Origin: Mobula hypostoma
Lineage: Eukaryota
Length of the DNA stretch: 64,000 nt
NCBI RefSeq assembly: GCF_963921235.1
Contig: NC_086107.1
Span: 104,100,001-104,164,000, forward strand
Direction of reading: 5' to 3'
Shown here: piece by piece, positions 36,655 through 50,358 of the stretch
Layout of the letters: every line of letters starts with the position of its first letter
Numbering within the stretch: the first letter of the stretch is position 1
Notes under the pieces: model-generated
What the model saw: only the letters and a program-made list of their open reading frames with translations
The model's database searches: none
What the model was told of the DNA's origin: nothing
Made by a program: the position numbers and the translations under genes

Positions 36655-37955
36655 AGGACATTTAGAATCATGGTCTGATCAGGGACAGTCAGCGTGGCTT
36701 TGTGAAGGGCAGATCGTGTCTAACAAGCCTGATAGAGTTCTTTGAGGAGGTGACCAGGCATATAGATGAGGGTAGTGCAGTGGATGTGATGTATATGGAC
36801 TTTAGTAAGGCATTTGACAAGGTTCCACACGGTAGGCTTATTCAGAAAGTTAGAAGGCATGGGATCCAGGGAAGTTTGGCCAGGTGGATTCAGAATTGGC
36901 TTGCCTGCAGAAGGCAGAGGTTCATGGTGGAGGGAGTACATTCGGATTGGAGGATTGTGACTAGTGGTGTCCCACAAGGATCTGTTCTGGGACCTCTACT
37001 TTTCGTGATTTTTATTAACGACCTGGATGTGGGGGTAGAAGGGTGGGTTGGCAAGTTTGCAGATGACATAAAGGTTGGTGGTGTTGTAGATAGTGTAGAG
37101 GATTGTCAAAGATTGCAGAGAGACATTGATAGGATGCAGAAGTGGGCTGAGAAGTGACAGATGGAGTTCAACCCGGAGAAGTGTGAGGTGGTACACTTTG
37201 GAAGGACAAACTCCAAGGCAGAGTACAAAGTAAATGGCAGGATACTTGGTAGTGTGGAGGAGCAGAGGGATCTCGGGGTACATGTCCACAGATCCCTGAA
37301 AGTTGCCTCACAGGTGGATAGGGTAGTTAAGAAAGCTTATGGGGTGTTAGCTTTCATAAGTCGAGGGATAGAGTTTAAGAGGCGCGATGTAATGATGCAG
37401 CTCTATAAAACTCTGGTTAGGCCACACTTGGAGTACTGTGTCCAGTTCTGGTCACCTCACTATAGGAAGGATGTGGAAGCATTGGAAAGGGTACAGAGGA
37501 GATCTACCAGGATGCTGTCTGGTTTAGAAAGTATGCATTATGATCAGAGATTAAGGGAGCTAGGGCTTTACTCTTTGGAGAGAAGGAGGATGAGAGGAGA
37601 CATGATAGAGGTGTACAAGATAATAAGAGGAATAGATAGAGTGGATAGCCAGCGCCTCTTCCCCAGGGCACCACTGCTCAATACAAGAGGACATGGCTTT
37701 AAGGTAAGGGATGGGAAGTTCAAGGGGGATATTAGAGGAAGGTTTTTTACTCAGAGAGTGGTTGGTGCGTGGAATGCACTGCCTGAGTCAGTGGTGGAGG
37801 CAGATACACTAGTGAAGTTTAAGAGACTACTAGACAGGTATATGGAGAAATATAAGGTGGGGGCTTATATGGGAGGCAGGGTTTGAGGGTTGGCACAATA
37901 TTGTGGGCTGAAGGGCCTGTACTGTGCTGTACTATTCTATGTTCTATGTTCTATG
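36655..37955 (+). mobile_element. CR1 LINE, second family (further copies 39228-39600 on minus, 56845-57562 on plus)
   Basis: ORFs 36702-37157 and 37161-37886 with KAFDKV, GVPQGS, FADD; (ttctatg)n tail. Confidence 0.95.
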
Positions 37956-40214
37956 TAACTCGGCAGGCCAGGCAGTGTCTGTGGAAAAGAGTAAACAGTC
38001 AACATTTCAGTCTGGAAAGAATGATGAGGAGTCAGATTAAGAAGGTGGGGGGAGGTGGTGGTGAGGGTGAGGGGCTGTGTTCTCTGTCTGTGTGGTTGGG
38101 CAGGTTAAACGTTCACTGTTAAAATTACTCCTAATGGCAGAATCTGGGAAGGAGCTGATGAAAATACGGGAGAGTTTTAAAGAAAACGACTTTAATGTGG
38201 GAGTAGATAAATGGGTGGTGTAGCGGCATCTGCACCAGACTCTGAGATGGGCAGTCCTGGGTTCAAATCCGGCCGGCTCCTTGCACGCTTTCCATCCGTG
38301 CTGGGTTGAGTGTCGAGCTAGCAACCCGGTCTCCTTAAAAGAAAGCACCAAGGAAACAGCAAGGCTGCTGCAGGTGAGGTGTGGGAGCAAGGTTATATTA
38401 TTAGGTAAAGGGGTAGTATGGACCCTGGGCTGAATGGTCTGCTTGCATTCTGTATCTGTCTGCGACCCAACTATGCACGCACATCCCAGTAGAGGTTTAG
38501 CTCTGCTGGAGGTGATGATTGCCTTCAGTGCTAAGAACTTTGGCAAAAGGGCCTCCAAGGGAATATTCCTAACGCATAGGATCATGTCCTTCCATGGTCA
38601 CTCTCACCAGCATCCCACAGCTTGCCTCTAAGAGCAATAGTCGCCACACAACAGCTGTCCCCAGTCCTGACCCGAAACATTGGCAATTCCTGTCCTTCCA
38701 CACACGCTGCTGAGTTCATCCAGCACGATGGTTTGATAGCTCCCTGTCCGGGGAGGCTGCGTTGGGAAATTGAGGCCGGGGTCACCAGCACGGCACAAAA
38801 AGTAGTGGAGACAGCCCAGTCCATCACGGGTAAAACCCTCCCCACCAGTGAGCACATCTACAAGCAGCGCTGTCGCAGGAAACTAGCATCCGTCATCAAG
38901 GGCTTCCACCATCCAGGCCATGCTCTCTCCTCGCTGCTGCCATCAGGAAGTTCTGGGTCCCACACCACCGGGTTCAGGAACAGTCATTACCCTTCAACTA
39001 TCAGGCTCTTGAACCAGAGGGGTTAACTTCAATCACCCCGACACTGAACTGTTTCCACAACCTTCAAGGCCTCTACAGCTTATGTTCTCAATAGTTATTT
39101 CTAACTTATTTATTATTATTATGTTGTCTTTTTGTATTGGCAAAATTCATTGTATTTTGCACATTGGTTGTTTGTCTGTCTTTATGTATAGTTTTTCATT
39201 GATTGCATTGTATTGCTTTGTATTCACATAGAACATAGAATAGTACAGCACAGTACAGGCCCTTCGGCCTACAATGTTGTGCCGACCCTCAAACCCTGCC
39301 TCCCATATAACCCCCGACCTTAAATTCCTCCATATACCTGTCTAGTAGTGTCTTAAACTTCACTAGTGTAGCTGCCTCCACCACTGACTCAGGCAGTGCA
39401 TTCCACGCACCAACCACTCTCTGAGTAAAAAAACCTTCCTCTAATATCCCCCTTGAACTTCCCACCCCTTACCTTAAAGCCATGTCCTCTTGTATTGAGC
39501 AGTGGTGCCCTGGGGAAGAGGCGCTGGCTGTCCACTCTATCGATTCCTCTTATTATCTTGTACACCTCTATCATGTCTCCTCTCATCCTCCTTCTCTCCA
39601 GGCATTCAACTGTGAATGCCTGCAAGAAAATGAACCAGAGGGTTGTGCATGGCGACACATACACACTCTGATGACAAATTTACTTTGAACTTTGAAGCGA
39701 CTCAGTGGGTACATGAAGTAAGGTGCCGTTTGAAAACTATGGCTTACAGCTCTGTTTAAAAGATTCACGATTCAAGGTTGCTTAATGTCATTTCCTGTCC
39801 ACAAGTGTAAAGCAGAACAAAATAATTGTTACTCCGGATCTGATGCCGCACAAAAAATCCCAGAAGATAAAGAGCATCGTAATAATAATAATAATAATTA
39901 AACAAGTGGGGGGAGTGTTGATGCTTGGCTGCTGCTTGTGAGTGGGAGGGGGAGGGGGCATTTGAGGTTCCAATGTTTTTCTGTCATTCTTTGGGGTTTT
40001 TCTCTCTGTTTTGTGGACGTCTGTGAAGAGTAAGGATTTCAGGCTGTATACTGTATACATTCACTGACATTAAATTGAACCATTGATTAAAGCACACTCT
40101 AAATACAAATATGTAAGATAGCATAGTGTATAAAGAGCGTATATGTCCATAAAGTGATACTAGGCTGTGCATAGGGTGACTGACATGAAATAATAAAGTA
40201 TTGGTGGTATTAAT

Positions 40215-40985
40215 AGTAAGACCAAAGAGCTGATTGTGGACTTCAGGAAGGGTAAGATGAGGAACACGAATGAATCCTCATAGAGGGATCAGAAGAGGAG
40301 AGAGTGAACAATTTCAAGTTCCTGGGTATCGATATCTCTGAGGACCTAACCGGGACGCAACATATTGATGCAGCTATAAAGAAGGCAAGACAGTGGCTAT
40401 ACTTCATTAGGAGTTTGAAGAGATTTGGTGTGTCGACTAAAACACTGGAAAACTTCGACGAATGTACTGGGCAGAGCATTCTGACTGGCTGCATCCGAGT
40501 CTGGAATGGGGAGGAGAGGTGGTCTACTGCACAAGATCGAAATAAGTTGCAGAAACTTGTAAAGTTAGTCAGCATTATGGGTACTAGCCTCCTTATTATC
40601 CAAGACATCTTCAGGGAGCGGTGCCTCAGGAAGGCAGCATCCATCATTAAGGTCCCCCACCACCAAGGACATGCCCCCTTCTCATTGCTACCATCGGGAA
40701 GGAGGTACAGAAACCTGATGGCACACACACTCAACAATTCAGGAACGGCTTCTTCCTCTCTGCCATCTGATTTCTAAATGAGCATTGAACCCATGAACAC
40801 TACCTCACTACTTTTTAAAAGTTTTGTTTTTTTTTTGCTCTCCTTACTTTAACTTAACTATGTAACTATTTAATAAACATATATATTTAAAGTAACAGTA
40901 TTTTTCCTCTATATTTATTTATCATGTATTTCATTGTACTGCTGGTGAATTTTAAAACATATACCGGTGACATTAAACCTGATTT
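40215..40985 (+). mobile_element. Rex1/Babar-like LINE fragment
   Basis: ORF 40304-40777 FKFLGIDISEDL...KKARQWLYFIRSLKRFG...LLPSGRRYR. Confidence 0.85.
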
Positions 40986-41349
40986 TGAAAAGAGGATATG
41001 AAGATATCACAGAAAAATGTCACATCCCTATCAAGAACAAAAACCTTGTGGTGTAATAACTCATAAATATAAGCTGTAATTCCACTGTATTGGTTCCATG
41101 TCTTTATAATATTATATCCGCAGGTCATCTGCATGACGCTACCTGATTCACTTTCCAGCATGTTTACATTTTAGGATATTTCTCCAGATTTAGATAATAA
41201 TTCCATTCATTTCATCAACTGATTTGTAAGAATTTATTAGTTTATCTTTATCATGCATGTTCCGTTCACACTTAGAATATCAATTTAGATTATGGCGTGG
41301 GATGATGGAGATAAGATACAATGTTTTATTGATGGGGAGTGTTGCAGGC

Positions 41350-41455
41350 TGGATGTAATATAAAGCAAATCACCATCCAACTAGCTTCAGATCCCTGAAA
41401 GGAGAGATTGACGGATTCGACAGACAGAACACCCTGTGTAACAGTCCTGGTCAGT
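41350..41455 (+). promoter_or_regulatory. Candidate TATA promoter and non-coding first exon of the FGF gene
   Basis: TATAAAG at 41359-41365 in non-repeat sequence, followed about 85 nt later by a CTG|gtcagt donor at 41450. FGF coding exon 1 starts with a splice acceptor, so an upstream 5' UTR exon is expected. Confidence 0.35.
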
Positions 41456-44400
41456 TTATTGTACGTCTATTTTAAATGTATAATCTAAGGTTTTTGCAGT
41501 CTCGCTGTACTTATATATACTTTGGCAATATATGATCACTGCATTACTAGAAATATGTTTTAATGTTGAAAATTTTTTTGAAGATTGAGGACTTTTCTTC
41601 TGTCTGTGAAGAGTTAGAATTTCAGGTTGTATATTGTATATTCTCTGATATTAATTGGAACCATGGAACCATTGACTGGAGGTACAAGGGACCAATTGAC
41701 TTAGCAATGTGCTTTAAGCTGTAACAGTTCCCACACTGCCAAGAGCAGATGATGGATTTAATAAAAGAAAAGTTTTAAAAATACTCAGCAGGTCAGGTAG
41801 CATCTGTGGAGAAAGTAACAGGGTTAATGCTTCAGGTCTATATATCAGATCTGGGAAAGTGAGACATGTGTTTTAAGTTGCAGAGATGGAGAGGACGGAG
41901 GGTGTTACCTGTGTTAGGGTGCAGGTGAAGGCTGTCTGGGTGACACAATGTTCTCAGTAGTATCCGGTTAACATGCCCTCCGTGGCATTAGAGGGGAGCT
42001 CGAGAGAAACGGCCTTCACGACAGCATGGTGGAGCAGTTGCTGGAGGTTGAAATGTAACAGGGTGCTGGAAATACCCAGCAGGTCAGTCAGCACCTGTGG
42101 AAGGAGAATGTCAGATCAGAATCAGGTTTAATATTATTGGCATATATCACAAAATTTGTTGCTTGCGGCAGAAGTACATTGCAATACATAATAACGAAAA
42201 ACTGTAAATTACAGTAAATATATATTTAAAAAGTTAAATCAACTTAATATTGCAAAAAAGAGAAAGCAAGTGTTACTGAGTTACTGCCGCAGACAATTGA
42301 CCCGAAACCAGAAATATCCTGCTCTGGCACAAACAGGAAAGGCTGGTTGTTTGAAACTGATGGATTTAAATATTGAGTTCCAAGGGCTGGGACGGAGACA
42401 GAAAATGACGCACTGTTCCTCAAGCTCATTTTCCATTCAGGGATGAGGCAGAATGCTGACAAGGATAGAAGAAAGAATGACCTTGGAGAGCATGTTCCCA
42501 AACCCCTGAACGTCACAGTTTATGGAGCTGAAGAAGACAAAGCTAAAGTTGATTTTATTGGTCACAAGCACAAGTATGCACAGGTGAATGAAGAACTTAC
42601 TTGCATCATATCAACAGCATTCACAACGGAAACATAAACTGAATACTTTTACACAATTAGAGCAAAGTCCATTTTAGTGCACCAGCTGATTGGCGAGGTG
42701 CCACCCGCACCAGGCTTCGAGGTGAGTGGTCCTGGGTTCGAGGCCGGTGCTTTGCACCTGTGCTGGGGATGGCGGGGTTGAGTGTCGAGCTAGCAACCTG
42801 GCCTCGTAAAAGAACAGACAGAAGTGGTAAAGGACTGGCAAGGTTGTGCCCGATGTACCACAAGGGTCAGCGATGACTACCATTTCAGTGCGAAGCGATC
42901 AAGGTGGTCATACTGTTGCCGTACTGAGGTAGAGATGAAGGTTGTGCAGGCTGGTCCGAGAGCTGAATGGTTGAAGGGAATTAGATGCCCTTGAACCTGG
43001 TGATGCATAACTTCAGGCTTCTATACCTCCCGCCCAGTGGCGCCTGGGAGACGATGGTGAGGATCTGTAATGGTCTTTAATGATGGGTGTTGCCTTATGT
43101 GGGGTGGGATGCATCTGTGATGTATTGGGCCGAGACCACCCTGCATCTTTTTATGCTCTGGTGCACTCAAATTGCCGTGCAGCCAGTCGGGGATCTTTCG
43201 CCAGCACAGCCACACCAGTTGTGTCTGCTAAGGCATCGGATATAAGCACAAGTAATGCAACGGGATAAACCAGCTGTCAGAGACAGAATCAGGCTTGTTA
43301 CCACTGACGTATCTCGTGAAATTTGCTGTTTTTGCGGCAGCAGTACAGTGCAAGGCGTAAGAGGTCACTATAAGAAAATAAATAGCGTTAAGAAGGGATA
43401 GTGAGGCAGTGTTCACAGGTTCATAAGATACAGGAGAAGAATTAGGCCATTCAGCCCATCGAGTCTGCTCCTTCATGGTTGACCCATTTCCCTCTCAACG
43501 CCATTCTCCCCGTAACCTTTCACACCCTGATTAATAGGAACCTATCACCCTCCACCTTAAATGCAGCCAGTGACCTGGCCTCCACAGCTGTCTGTAGCGA
43601 CAAATTCCACCGATGCACCACCCTCTGCCTGAAGGAACTCCGCCTCATTTCTGTTCTAAATGGACATCCCTCTATTTCGAGGCTGTTCCCTCCAGTCCTA
43701 GACACACCTACCAAAAGAAACATCCTCTTCACTTCCATTCTATCTCGGCCTTCCAACTTTCAATGAGATTCCCCCCTCGTTCTTCTGAATTCATGTACTA
43801 TACGGAAATCTAATTGGCAGAGGGGAAGAAGCTGTTCCTAAGATGCTGAGTGAGGGTCTTCAGGCTCCTGTACCTCCTTCCTGATGGTGGTACTGAGAAG
43901 AGGGCATGTCCTGGATGGCGAGAGTCCTTAATGAAGGACGCCGCCTTCTTGAAGCACCACATTTTGAAGATGAGCTCGATGTTGGGGAGGGTTCTGCCCA
44001 CGATGGAGCTTGCTGATTCAACAACCCTTTACAGCTTCCTTTGGTCCTGTGTGGGGAGTCCTCCACAACAGGTGTTGATGAAATCAGCCAGAATGCTCTC
44101 CAAGAGTCTTTGGTGACGTACCAAATCTCAAATTCCTAACAAAGCAGATGCTCTTGCTTGGCTTCTTGCCACACGCCACAGTTGGCTCACCGGACGGGGC
44201 CTTGTACTTTGCAAGATGTGTGTGATGGCTTCAAGAGAGGACGGAAATTTTGTCCGGAGAGAATTTTGTTCTGGGGAAGCATTGGCAGAGCCATGGATCA
44301 GAGGGGAGTGAACACAAGACTGCTGGAAAAGTTCAGCAGGTCAGGTCTCCACCTGTCAGAAGAGAAACAGGGTCAACGGTTCAGATTAGAGCCCCCTCCT

Positions 44401-45049
44401 CAAAGTTCTGACAAAGGGACTGAGGGGAGATTTAAATTAATAGAAAATCTGGCAGAAAGGGTGAATAAGGAGAAACAATCTCACTTAGCAGATCAGTAAC
44501 CAGGGATTGGATACTAGTTACTTGTAAAGGATTAAAGGGCAACTGAGGAAAGATTTTTCACCCAAGGGTGTTGAGTGCAGGAACAGGTGTCATAGAGTCA
44601 TGAGTAGAGAAGCAGGCACTTCAGTCCATAATGTATCTACTGCCCACCAAGAACATATTCAGTGGTGGAGCAGAAACTCTCAGTGCATTTATGAGTTACA
44701 TGGATGAACACAGAGACACAATAGCTTCTACGGATGCTGGAAATCTTGAGTAACACACACAAAATGATGGAGGAATTCAGCTGTTCAGGCAGCATCTATG
44801 GAGGGGAATAAACAGATAATGTCTTGGACCGAGACCCTTCACCAGGATGACCAGAAGGTGCCATTACATGGGTGCCAACAAGCTTGGAGATGAAGCATGG
44901 TAAAGATCTCAATAGGTGGCTGGTTTGGACTTGAACCAACTGGCCGCCTTCCTCACACTATGCTTTACTGACCCTGCATTCAGAGACTATTAAAATCCCA
45001 GCTTTAATAACCTATTTGTTTTAAACAGGTGAAAGTGAGACCACCTACC

Positions 45050-45269
45050 ATGTCCTATTTTGCATCTCTTCTGGGCCTCCTGCTAATCCTGGCGTTGTCC
45101 ACGACGAGTCCAATGGAGGCAAGACCCCACCAGGATGATCGCATGCAAGGACTCATCCCTAACCCCGATCTGGGGCGGAGGCACCAACACTCCCGTCAGC
45201 ACGCCATCCCGTATGTACAGATCAACGACGACGGGCAAGTCAGCAAGTCGGAGCATCAGAATGAGTACA
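45050..45269 (+). CDS. FGF21: Endocrine FGF (FGF19/21/23 subfamily, probably FGF21), coding exon 1 with signal peptide
   Basis: cctaccATG start inside an exon opened by a ttttaaacag acceptor (exon from 45029). Hydrophobic signal peptide MSYFASLLGLLLILALSTTSPMEA, then YVQINDDGQVSKSEHQNEY, which resembles FGF21 HLEIREDGTVGGAADQSPE and FGF23 HLQIHKNGHVDGAPHQTIY. Phase-1 donor gtaagg at 45270, the canonical FGF intron 1 position. Confidence 0.8.
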
Positions 45270-46226
45270 GTAAGGGAACGGTCCTTTCAACTTTTCCACC
45301 GCACCACAGATTTTTGTTGTCGAGTGATTGTCTGCATGCCAACCTCACAACCCATTCCAAAGTTCAAAGTAAATTTTGTTATTAGAGTTCATATACATCA
45401 CCACATACAACCCTAAGATTCATTTACTTGCAGGCATACTCAGCAAATCTATAGAATAGTAACTGTAAACAGGATCATTGAAAAATCAACCAGAGTGCAG
45501 AAGACAACAAACTGTGCAGATGCAAGTACTGTATAAATAAATAGCAATAAATAACGAGAGCATGAAATAATGAGATAAAGAGTCCTTGAGGTGAGATCAT
45601 TGGTTGTAGGAACACCTCAATGGATGGGCAAGTGAGTGAAGTTATCCCCTTTTGTTCAAGAGCCTGATGATTGAGGGGTAGTAACTGTTCTTGAACCTAG
45701 TGGTGCGAGTCCTGAGACTCTCGTACCATGTACCTGATGGCAGCAGCAAGAGCACGGCCTGGGTTTTGAAGATCTCTGATGATGGATACTGCTTTCCCAT
45801 GACAAAGTTTCATGTAGATGTACTCAGTGGTTGGGAAGATCAATCTAAACACAAAATAATCTACAGACCAATCTAACCCTTCCCTCCCACATAGTCATCC
45901 ATTTTACTTTCATCCATGTGCCTAAGAGGCTCTTAAATATCTCTAATGTATCTGCCTCTACAATCACCCTTGGTTAACAAAAAAAATAATTAAAAAATAA
46001 AAACATTCAGAAATAGAAGCAGAATCATTCAGCCTCATTAAGCTTGTGACTAACCTTTTACCTCATGGCCACTTTCTCCCACTGACCCCATATCCCTGAA
46101 TTGCCTTGATATCCAGAAAAAAACTATGGATTTCTGTCCTGAATATTCACAATTGGCTCTTGGGTAGGGAATTCTGCGATGAAGAAATTTCTTCTCATGG
46201 CCAATCCATTACTTTGAAGCAATAAC

Positions 46227-47046
46227 ATAGAAACATAGAAACATAGAAAATAGGTGCAGGAGTAGGCCATTCGGACTTCGAGCCTGCACTGCCATTTATT
46301 ATGATCATGGCTGATCCTCCAACTCAGAACCCCGCCCCAGCCTTCCCTCCATACCCCCTGACCCCCGTAGCCACAAGGGCCATATCTAACTCCCTCTTAA
46401 ATATAGCCAATGAACTAGCCTCAACTGTTTCCTGTGGCAGAGAATTCCACAGATTCACCACTCTCTGTGTGAAGAAGTTTTTCCTAATCTCGGTCCTAAA
46501 AGGCTTCCCCTCTATCCTCAAACTGTGGCCCCTCGTTCTGGATTTCCCCAACATCGGGAACAATCTTCCTGCATCTAGCCTGTCCAATCCCTTTAGGATC
46601 TTATACGTTTCAATCAGATCCCCCCTCAATCTTCTAAATTCCAACAAGTACAAGCCCAGTTCATCCAGTCTTTCTTCATATGAAAATCCTGCCATCCCAG
46701 GAATCAATCTGGTGAACCTTCTTTGTACTCCCTCTATGGCAAGGATGTCTTTCCTCAGATTAGGGGACCAAAACTGCACACAATACTCCAGGTGTGGTCT
46801 CACCAAGGCCTTGTACAACTGCAGTAGTACCTCCCTGCTCCTGTACTCGAATCCTCTTGCTATGAATGCCAGCATACCATTCGCCTTTTTCACCGCCTGC
46901 TGTACCTGCATGCCCACTTTCAATGACTGGTGTATAATGACACCCAGGTCTCGTTGCACCTCCCCTTTTCCTAATCGGCCACCATTCAGATAATAATCTG
47001 TTTTCCTATTTTTGCCACCAAAGTGGATAACTTCACATTTATCCAT
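46227..47046 (-). mobile_element. Young CR1 LINE 3' fragment in FGF intron 1
   Basis: ORF 46324-47046 is nearly identical to the C-terminus of 25247-27199; (catagaaa)n tail. Confidence 0.95.
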
Positions 47047-47926
47047 TTATCCATTTAACGCCTGGGTCTAGTTACCCGTGCCAGGGGGAAAACCTCCCTG
47101 TCTCCACAGTCCAAGGAGATCTTCCATGAGATCACTTCCTAACCTTCAAGGTTCTGCCCTCAGTGCACCATCACTGATTAAAAAGACTCTGAAAACTTAC
47201 ACTCGCTCCTCAAACACACATTATTTATTTGTGCACAAAGAGATCAGCGTGGCCCCTGTCACCACACTGTCCTGAAGTCTGAATACAGAGATGACATTTT
47301 GTTTCCAAAGCTCCTCAACAAAACTCACTCAGGTATAAAACCCTCACTGTCCGTCCCTGCACAAGGTCTGTTAAATGGTCTTTCCTGCTCTCATTGTTTT
47401 GTTGATAATTATTGAGTCTGTGCATAGTTTCACATGTGACGTTTGCACATGTGACCATCCTGCTAATTGTTAATTGCGCATGACTGTTTGCACTAGTAGC
47501 TGGTTGCTATTGTCTTGTCTGTTCTGGTATTATCCTGTGTTTTATCCTTGGCACTGAACCACAATCAATTCTGATACATTTCAGAAACTGGCAATAAAAT
47601 AGTTCTGATTCAGATTTTCATAGTGAAATTGATTAGAAGTTAGGGATATTGACCATTTGGTCAATTAGATCCCTGCTTGCAAGATCAATCACCATTCACA
47701 ATACAGGTGTTAAAAGTTAATAGAAACTGCAAGCTAAAGTGATGGTGTGCATGTGCTTTGCATCCTCCTGCTACTGTCACGGGGAAGTTGGCTCACAGGT
47801 TTGTTAAGTGAGACAGAAGACAGTGATGATGAATAAGCGTATTAGCCATTTATTTACAGAGAAACAGTAAAACATTTAACCAAGCCTCAAAGTCACCTGA
47901 AGTTACAAAGACTACGACACTAAACA

Positions 47927-49760
47927 TTCATCATAGTTGCTGGTGAACGCAGCAGGCCAGGCAGCATCTCTAGGAAGAGGTACAGTTGACGTTTCAGGCC
48001 GAGACCCTTCGTCAGGACTAACTGAAGGAAGAGTTAGTAAGAGATTTGAAAGTGGGAGGGGGAGAGGGAGATCCAAAATGATAGGAGAAGACAGGAGGGG
48101 GAGGGATGGAGCCAAGAGCTGGACAGATGATTGGCAAAAGGGATATGAGAGGATCATGGGACAGGAGGTCCAGGGAGAAAGACAAAGGACGGGGGGAACC
48201 CAGAGGATGGACAAGGGGTATAGTGAGAGGGACAGAGGGAGAAAAAGAAGAGTGAAAGAAAGAATGTGTGTATAAAAATAAATAACGGATGGGGTACGAG
48301 GGGGATATGGGGCATTAGCAGAAGTTAGAGAAGTCGATGTTCATGCCATCAGGTTGGAGGCTACCCAGACAGAATATAAGGTGTTGTTCCTCCAACCTGA
48401 GTGTGGCTTCATCTTTACAGTAGAGGAGGCCGTGGATAGACATGTCAGAATGGGAAAGGGATGTGGAATTAAAGTGTGTGGCCACTGGGAGATCCTGCTT
48501 TCTCTGGCGGACAGAGTGTAGGTGTTCAGCAAAGCGGTCTCCCAGTCTGCGTCGGGTCTCGCCAATATATAGAAGGCCACATCGAGAGCACCGGACGCAG
48601 TATATCACCCCAGCCGACTCACAGGTGAAGTGTCGCCTCGCCTGGAAGGACTGTCTGTGGCCCTGAATGGTGGTAAGGGAGGAAGTGTAAGGGCATGTGT
48701 AGCACTTGCTCCGCTTACAAGGATAAGTGCCAGGAGGGAGATCAGTGGGGAGGGATGGTGGGGACGAATGGACAAGGGAGTCGCATAGGGAGCGATCCCT
48801 GCGGAAAGCGGAGGGGGGGGAGGGAAAGATGTGCTTAGTGGTGGGATCCCGTTGGAGGTGGCAGAAGTTACGGAGAATAATATGTTGGACCCGGAGGCTG
48901 GTGGGGTGGTAGGAGTTGATAGTGGAGGAAGGGAAGCCCCTTTCTTTAAAAAAGGAGGACATCTCCCTCGTCCTGGAATGAAAAGCCTCATTCTGAGAGC
49001 AGATGCGGCAGAGACGGAGGAATTGCGAGAAGGGGATGGCGTTTTTGCAAGAGACAGGGTGAGAAGTGGAATAGTCCAGATAGCTGTGAGAGTCAGTAGG
49101 CTTATAGTAGACATCAGTAGATAAGCTGTCTCCAGAGACAGAGACAGAAAGATCTAGAAAGGGGAGCGAGGTGTTGGAAATGGACCAGGTAAACTTGAGG
49201 GCAGGGTGAAAGTTGGAGGCAAAGTTAATAAAGTCAACGAGCTCAGCATGCGTGCAGGAAGCAGCGTCAATGCAGTCGTCGATGTAGCGAAGGAAAAGTG
49301 GGGGACAGATACCAGAATAGGCACGGAACATAGATTGTTCCACAAAGCCAACAAAAAGGCAGGCATAGCTAGGACCCATACAGGTGCCCATAGCTACACC
49401 TTTAGTTTGGAGGAAGTGGGAGGAGCCAAAGGAGAAATTATTAAGAGGAAGGACTAATTCCGCTAGACGGAGCAGAGTGGTGGTAGAGGGGAACTGATTA
49501 GGTCTGGAATCCAATCACCTGTCCAGCTCTTGGCTCCATCCCTCCCCCTCCTGTCTTCTCCTATCATTTTGGATCTCCCCCTCCCCCTCCCACTTTCAAA
49601 TCTCTTATTAACTCTTCCTTCAGTTAGTCCTGATGAAGGGTCTCGGCCTGAAACGTCGACTGTACCTCTTCCTAGAGATGCTACCTGGCCTGCTGCGTTC
49701 ACCAGCAACTTTGATGTGTGTTGCTTGAATTTCCAGCATCTGCAGAATTTCTGTTGTTTG
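47927..49760 (-). mobile_element. Penelope-like element (partial RT + GIY-YIG) with inverted pLTR and TSD, in FGF intron 1
   Basis: ORF 48315-49514: QTKGVAMG, RYIDD, FLD, YYKPT, VIYCVRCSRCGLLYIGET. About 200-bp inverted repeat (about 47936-48134 versus 49511-49710); TSD cgacactaaaca at 47915-47926 and 49761-49772. Confidence 0.95.
49626..49661 (+). ncRNA. Minimal type I hammerhead ribozyme in PLE terminal repeat
   Basis: AGTC-CTGATGA-AGG[GTCTCGG]CCT-GAAA-CGTC^GACT: both cores, stem I AGTC/GACT, stem II AGG/CCT and palindromic ACGT stem III. Confidence 0.8.
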
Positions 49761-50209
49761 CGACACTAAACACTCGGTAACACTTCAAACTCAACAGGTA
49801 CCTCATTAAATCTCCCCAAATTAAACCTTCAACAAACAGATACTTAGCTAAGTGTGAGCGTGTGCCCTCCTATATCTGCAGAGCTCTTTCCCAATGGTTC
49901 TTCAGCACTTCTGGCGATCTCAGTGTGAAGGTGAATGCCTGGAGACAAGGGAAACCCCTGAGGCCCCAGGAGCCAGACGCTGGTGAGGTGGCACACAAGG
50001 CAACCAATGGGAAAGAGCTGCTGCATCCTTCAAAGGGCCAGTCCGTGACCGACACCATAGCAGCACCTTTCGATGAGTAAACTAAGCCTTCACATCCTTA
50101 ACTTGTATGCCAAACGACTCCTGTGCTCTGCTGTGCAAAAGCCTTTCTTGCCTGGGTTGACTGCACACACTATCTGTAAACTTATCTGGACACTCTCTTA
50201 ACCCTTACC

Positions 50210-50322
50210 TCAGAATCAGAATCAGATTTATTATCATCGGCATGAGACGTGAAATCTGTTAACTTTGCAGCAACAGTTCAATGCAATACGTAATATAGAA
50301 GAAAATATAAATAAATAAATAA

Positions 50323-50358
<36 letters not shown>

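Noticed and set aside
45270..45385. C-terminal part of ORF 45029-45385; likewise ORF 53647-53862 beyond 53742
   Set aside because: Read-through into introns past the strong donors gtaagg and gtgagt; FGF similarity stops at the donors.
18605..46993. Recurrent antisense ORFs (MNLLCTPSMARMSFL..., MPPKWITS..., MIMADPPTQNP...)
   Set aside because: These are shadow frames on the opposite strand of CR1 ORF2 copies.
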